Source of the DNA: Psammoneis japonica
Taxonomy: Eukaryota
Direction of reading: 5' to 3'
DNA length: 64,000 bases
Assembly (NCBI GenBank): GCA_008632985.1
Contig: QPGO01000145.1
Span: 62,001 to 126,000 of the forward strand
A program made the position numbers and the translations under genes. The notes beneath the pieces were generated by a model, which had not been told where the DNA came from, searched no databases, and saw only the letters and a list, made by a program, of their open reading frames with translations. This document shows positions 60,492 through 64,000 of the stretch, in pieces; position 1 is the stretch's first letter; each line of letters begins with the position of its first letter.

Positions 60492-60907
60492 GATTTGTCT
60501 ACGTTAAAATTCACATTGGACTTGTGGTGCTACCATAACTTTTTAACATTGATTGCATTGCGAGTTGCGTGTTGTTGACCTTTGTGTTCACCGAATTCTC
60601 CCTGGCCATTATGCCATGTAAGAAGTCGTCAGATTGGACTGAAGGAGAGACGCGCCTATGGTTTGCACCTTCCTTCGTACCACCTATGATAGCAGTATTT
60701 AGAATAGTTTTAGTTTTTATTGCCAGGGTTCTCCCAATTCGAAAATCACAAATCAAAAATGTGAGTTGGGAATCATCCAGAATGAGCAAGCGTGCCCCTC
60801 TACTGTAGAGCCTAAAATAAAAAAAAAAAGCAAACGCATTGAGACCGTCTGTCCACCGACGCGACCATCGCATCCATCATCGCATCATATTGTATCATCA
60901 CCGCATC

Positions 60908-62071
60908 ATGCAACCACTACTACTAGTGATTCTGCCAATCGTTAACCTTACAAAAGATAGAGTGATGCGGTTGCTTATATCTCTTTCACTCTGTTGGACT
61001 CTAGCAGCGTTTTCCCCAATAAGGATGTTTCACGGCTCGTATTGGGGGAGGAGGACATTGAAAAATATTTGCGGGACCAATAATAACCGCCTTTGTGCCA
61101 TGCAAGAGTCGGATCGCCAAGAAGAATACGCAAAACGCAATTATTCGTGGCCAGTTCAAACCTTTATCCCAGACACTCCTGGATGGCGGCGTCTCATGCA
61201 ACGCCGAATGAACCAAGTTTGGCAAATTTCGGACCTAGATCAACGCTACAACGGATGGATGTCCGTGATGACATCGGCGGTAGTTCTTTCCAACTTTACC
61301 GAAACGGGATTTGCGCTTACGAAAGCGCCGCCCGATATTCTAGAGAGTTTAAAAGAATCTCTTCATAGAGGTCTGAAAGAGAGCCGAACAACACTGGAGT
61401 TGGGAAATGAAATCATTACCGAAGCAGATGATGTTTCGCAAGCCCTTCCTCCCCTCTTTATTGAACAAGAAGAATTGAATAGGAAGGTATTGAAAGAATT
61501 GCAACCCATTCATGAAGAATTTGCGGGAGTCGATTTGATTGGAGCCAAAGCATTTGGATTGAGAGTCTATCGAAATCGTTCCTCCTTGCTCATGCACACG
61601 GATCGGCTCAACACGCGTGTCATTGCCAGCATTCTTCACATTGATCATTCACCCGACTCGGATCCTTGGCCCATTGTTTTGGAAGATTTTCATGGCAATA
61701 CCCATGAGATTGTAATGCAGAGTGGCGATCTTTTGCTATACGAAAGCAGCAAAGTCTATCACGGTAGACCAAAACCGTTCAACGGAAGCTACTATTGCTC
61801 GATTCTTGCTCACTATTATCCTCAAGACTGGCCCAAAAACATGGATTTAGAAGCGCACTATGCCGTACCGCCCATTTGGTTTGAAGATCCCCCGGAAATG
61901 GAACCAGGTTTAGAACGAGTGCAAGTCGTTGGGACGGCCTTGTGGGAACCGGATTGTGAATTTGGATGGTCTGGTCTCCAAAACTCAATCAAGCATGGAT
62001 ATGACGGAAAGCAGGACGAGATTAGCCTTGATGAGAATCTAAAAGCCGAGGCTGTGTTTGACAGCGCTTAA
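60908..62071 (+). CDS. Secreted 2OG-Fe(II) oxygenase-like protein (diatom family)
   Basis: MHTD (HxD), PWP, GDLLLYES and HGRP motifs; hydrophobic N terminus; start at 60908 or 60965. Confidence 0.7.
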   Translation: MQPLLLVILPIVNLTKDRVMRLLISLSLCWTLAAFSPIRMFHGSYWGRRTLKNICGTNNNRLCAMQESDRQEEYAKRNYSWPVQTFIPDTPGWRRLMQRRMNQVWQISDLDQRYNGWMSVMTSAVVLSNFTETGFALTKAPPDILESLKESLHRGLKESRTTLELGNEIITEADDVSQALPPLFIEQEELNRKVLKELQPIHEEFAGVDLIGAKAFGLRVYRNRSSLLMHTDRLNTRVIASILHIDHSPDSDPWPIVLEDFHGNTHEIVMQSGDLLLYESSKVYHGRPKPFNGSYYCSILAHYYPQDWPKNMDLEAHYAVPPIWFEDPPEMEPGLERVQVVGTALWEPDCEFGWSGLQNSIKHGYDGKQDEISLDENLKAEAVFDSA

Positions 62072-62299
62072 ACATGTCAATTATGTGCAATCTTTATGGA
62101 TGGAAGATGCAAAGTGTCTCTTACAAATTATAATTCAAACCATTAGGCATCCCCCGAAGCAACCGCTGTGGGCTTGGATCCACGCCTGATTGCGACTTGA
62201 ACCGAACAGTGACCGACACTGGATGACGCTCCCCAAAGAAGAGTTGGATCTCACTCTACTAGATTTTCTTGATCAATCAAATCATGTCTGATATCACCC

Positions 62300-64000
62300 G
62301 CAACCACTGATGCTGGGCTTGTGTCAAGCCTTCGCAGTGCCACCAGGACGGGGGCGGGACGCCTTTTGGAACCTTTACAACCATTTCTCCTTGGGCCCAA
62401 CAACCCAGGTGACATAGCCACAGTGGTTAAGACACGTTCGACTTTACTCTCTCATCATGACAAAGTGCAAGTTGAGGCAAAACAACATGTTGTCAATGAA
62501 GCGTCTCTCAAGGAGCATGACTGTGGATCTGGAGACAGGCTTCATCAGGACTCAGACAATGGCCTTGGCCTTGCTGCACAATGACTTCTTGGCCTGCATC
62601 ATCTTGTTCTCAAGGATTTCATTGAGCAATCCAAGCCACAGGGCAGCACTGCACAAGTGCAAAAGATTGCCATGGCAAACAAGCAAGCATGTGCAAGATT
62701 GTTCACATGCTGATCAGGTCAAGAACAAATGCTGCTTTCCACCAAAAGAGCACAACAGGATCTGACAGAAATGGTCATGCAAGAACCCATGCCCATGTGT
62801 GAAGGATGCAAGAACACCTCTGCAACAACAAGTTGGTGCAATGACTTCAGCACAGTGTTTTCCTGGGTCAAATTGAGAGACAATGGGACACTTGTGTGCC
62901 CAGGTCTTTGGCATGACAAGTGGGTGGGCCAAAGCTCTCTCTGACTTGAAAGAGGCTTGCGCCCAGCAGAAGTGGCTGAGTGCACTGACACACCCCACTG
63001 TCAATGATCAGTCTGCTTTTCATCAATGGTGGATGGTGGGTTCCCTGCAAAGCTGCTGCATGCAGTGAAACACTTGTGGTCACAAGCACACACACACACA
63101 CAGCAAAAGTGCAGGACATGGGTCCTGAAGTCACACAAAGAGTTTGTCAAGAGATCAATGAGGCCAACTGCAATTGCTTGTTGCCAGGTGTCATTGACAA
63201 GGAGATTCAAGCTGTCAGAAAGGGCACTCAAAATGGCCAATGATGACACCAACTTGGCAGAACAAATCAATTGCCACCACCTGACACTTGATGGCTCCTC
63301 CAGTGCCAACATGTGCAAGGGTTGCATCAAGAGACAGCACACAGGTTGCACCCATGACAAGCAACAGCACTCAATGAACTGGAAGCCAAGATGGTTGACA
63401 TTGAAAATGCTTGCACCATGGCCCGGAGCAGCAACAGAATCTTTGCAACAAAACCCCAGCTCCAGAATTTGGCTCAGATGATGGGAAGAAAAGGCCATTT
63501 TTGCGTGCACCCTCTGTGGCTGGAAAAGTGCAAGTGAGTCTTTCAGAAACCATCTGGCTTCCGGCACACATCACTTGGGGTGGAAATGTGTCCAGCTGGC
63601 CATCACATGCAGCCAAAGAGGAGAAAATGTGACTCCACAAATGGGCTCAAGCACTGCACAATTTCTTTGCTGTGCATTGATGATGACATGTCACACCAAC
63701 AGTGCACCACAATGCCACGAAGACATCAAAAGAGCTGGGTTGCTGTTTCAAGAATCTGAAGCCCAGCTTCATCATGTGCGACAGAGACATGGAGCAAGAT
63801 GGTCCAGTGGGGGGTGCCAGCTCCACACAACATCAGTGACAGCAAGCAAATCATGTCATTTTTCCTTTGCCAAGTGGCTTTGTGAGGGGGGTTGTTGGGG
63901 CTCCTTCTTTGTTGTGGCTGAGTGCAGCTGCCAGGAGGCAAACTGACCAAAGTCTGTCCATTGCCCCCCAAGCAGGCTTGGGGAGGCCAAAGAGTTTGCC
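62300..64000 (+). mobile_element. Degenerate TpA/CpG-depleted block, probably a retrotransposon relic; runs off the window
   Basis: Essentially no TA after about 62450; possible RT-like CIDDD at about 63673. Confidence 0.55.

Overview
Eukaryotic nuclear DNA, most likely from a diatom (short GT-AG introns; diatom-typical families such as receptor cyclase-phosphodiesterase fusions, type-II LRR membrane proteins and DUF4116). About 17 host genes alternate with blocks of transposon-derived DNA. The most striking signal is compositional. The repeat blocks (about 6.5-9.3, 21.2-24.9, 32.1-33.9, 40.7-45.5, 49.3-50.3, 54.0-55.7 and 62.3-64.0 kb) have almost lost the dinucleotide TpA, which appears replaced by TpG/CpA. 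Comparisons inside the window (TIR pairs, duplicated repeats, conserved RT motifs such as YIDDT reading CIDDA) point to a repeat-targeted TpA->TpG (A:T->G:C) hypermutation. This runs opposite to fungal RIP and is separable from CpG decay. Short TAG/CTA-rich patches with AGGGCCCT-like cores tend to sit at block edges. Several host genes carry 1-2 bp frameshifts in homopolymers, probably long-read assembly errors. All counts were done by hand and are approximate.
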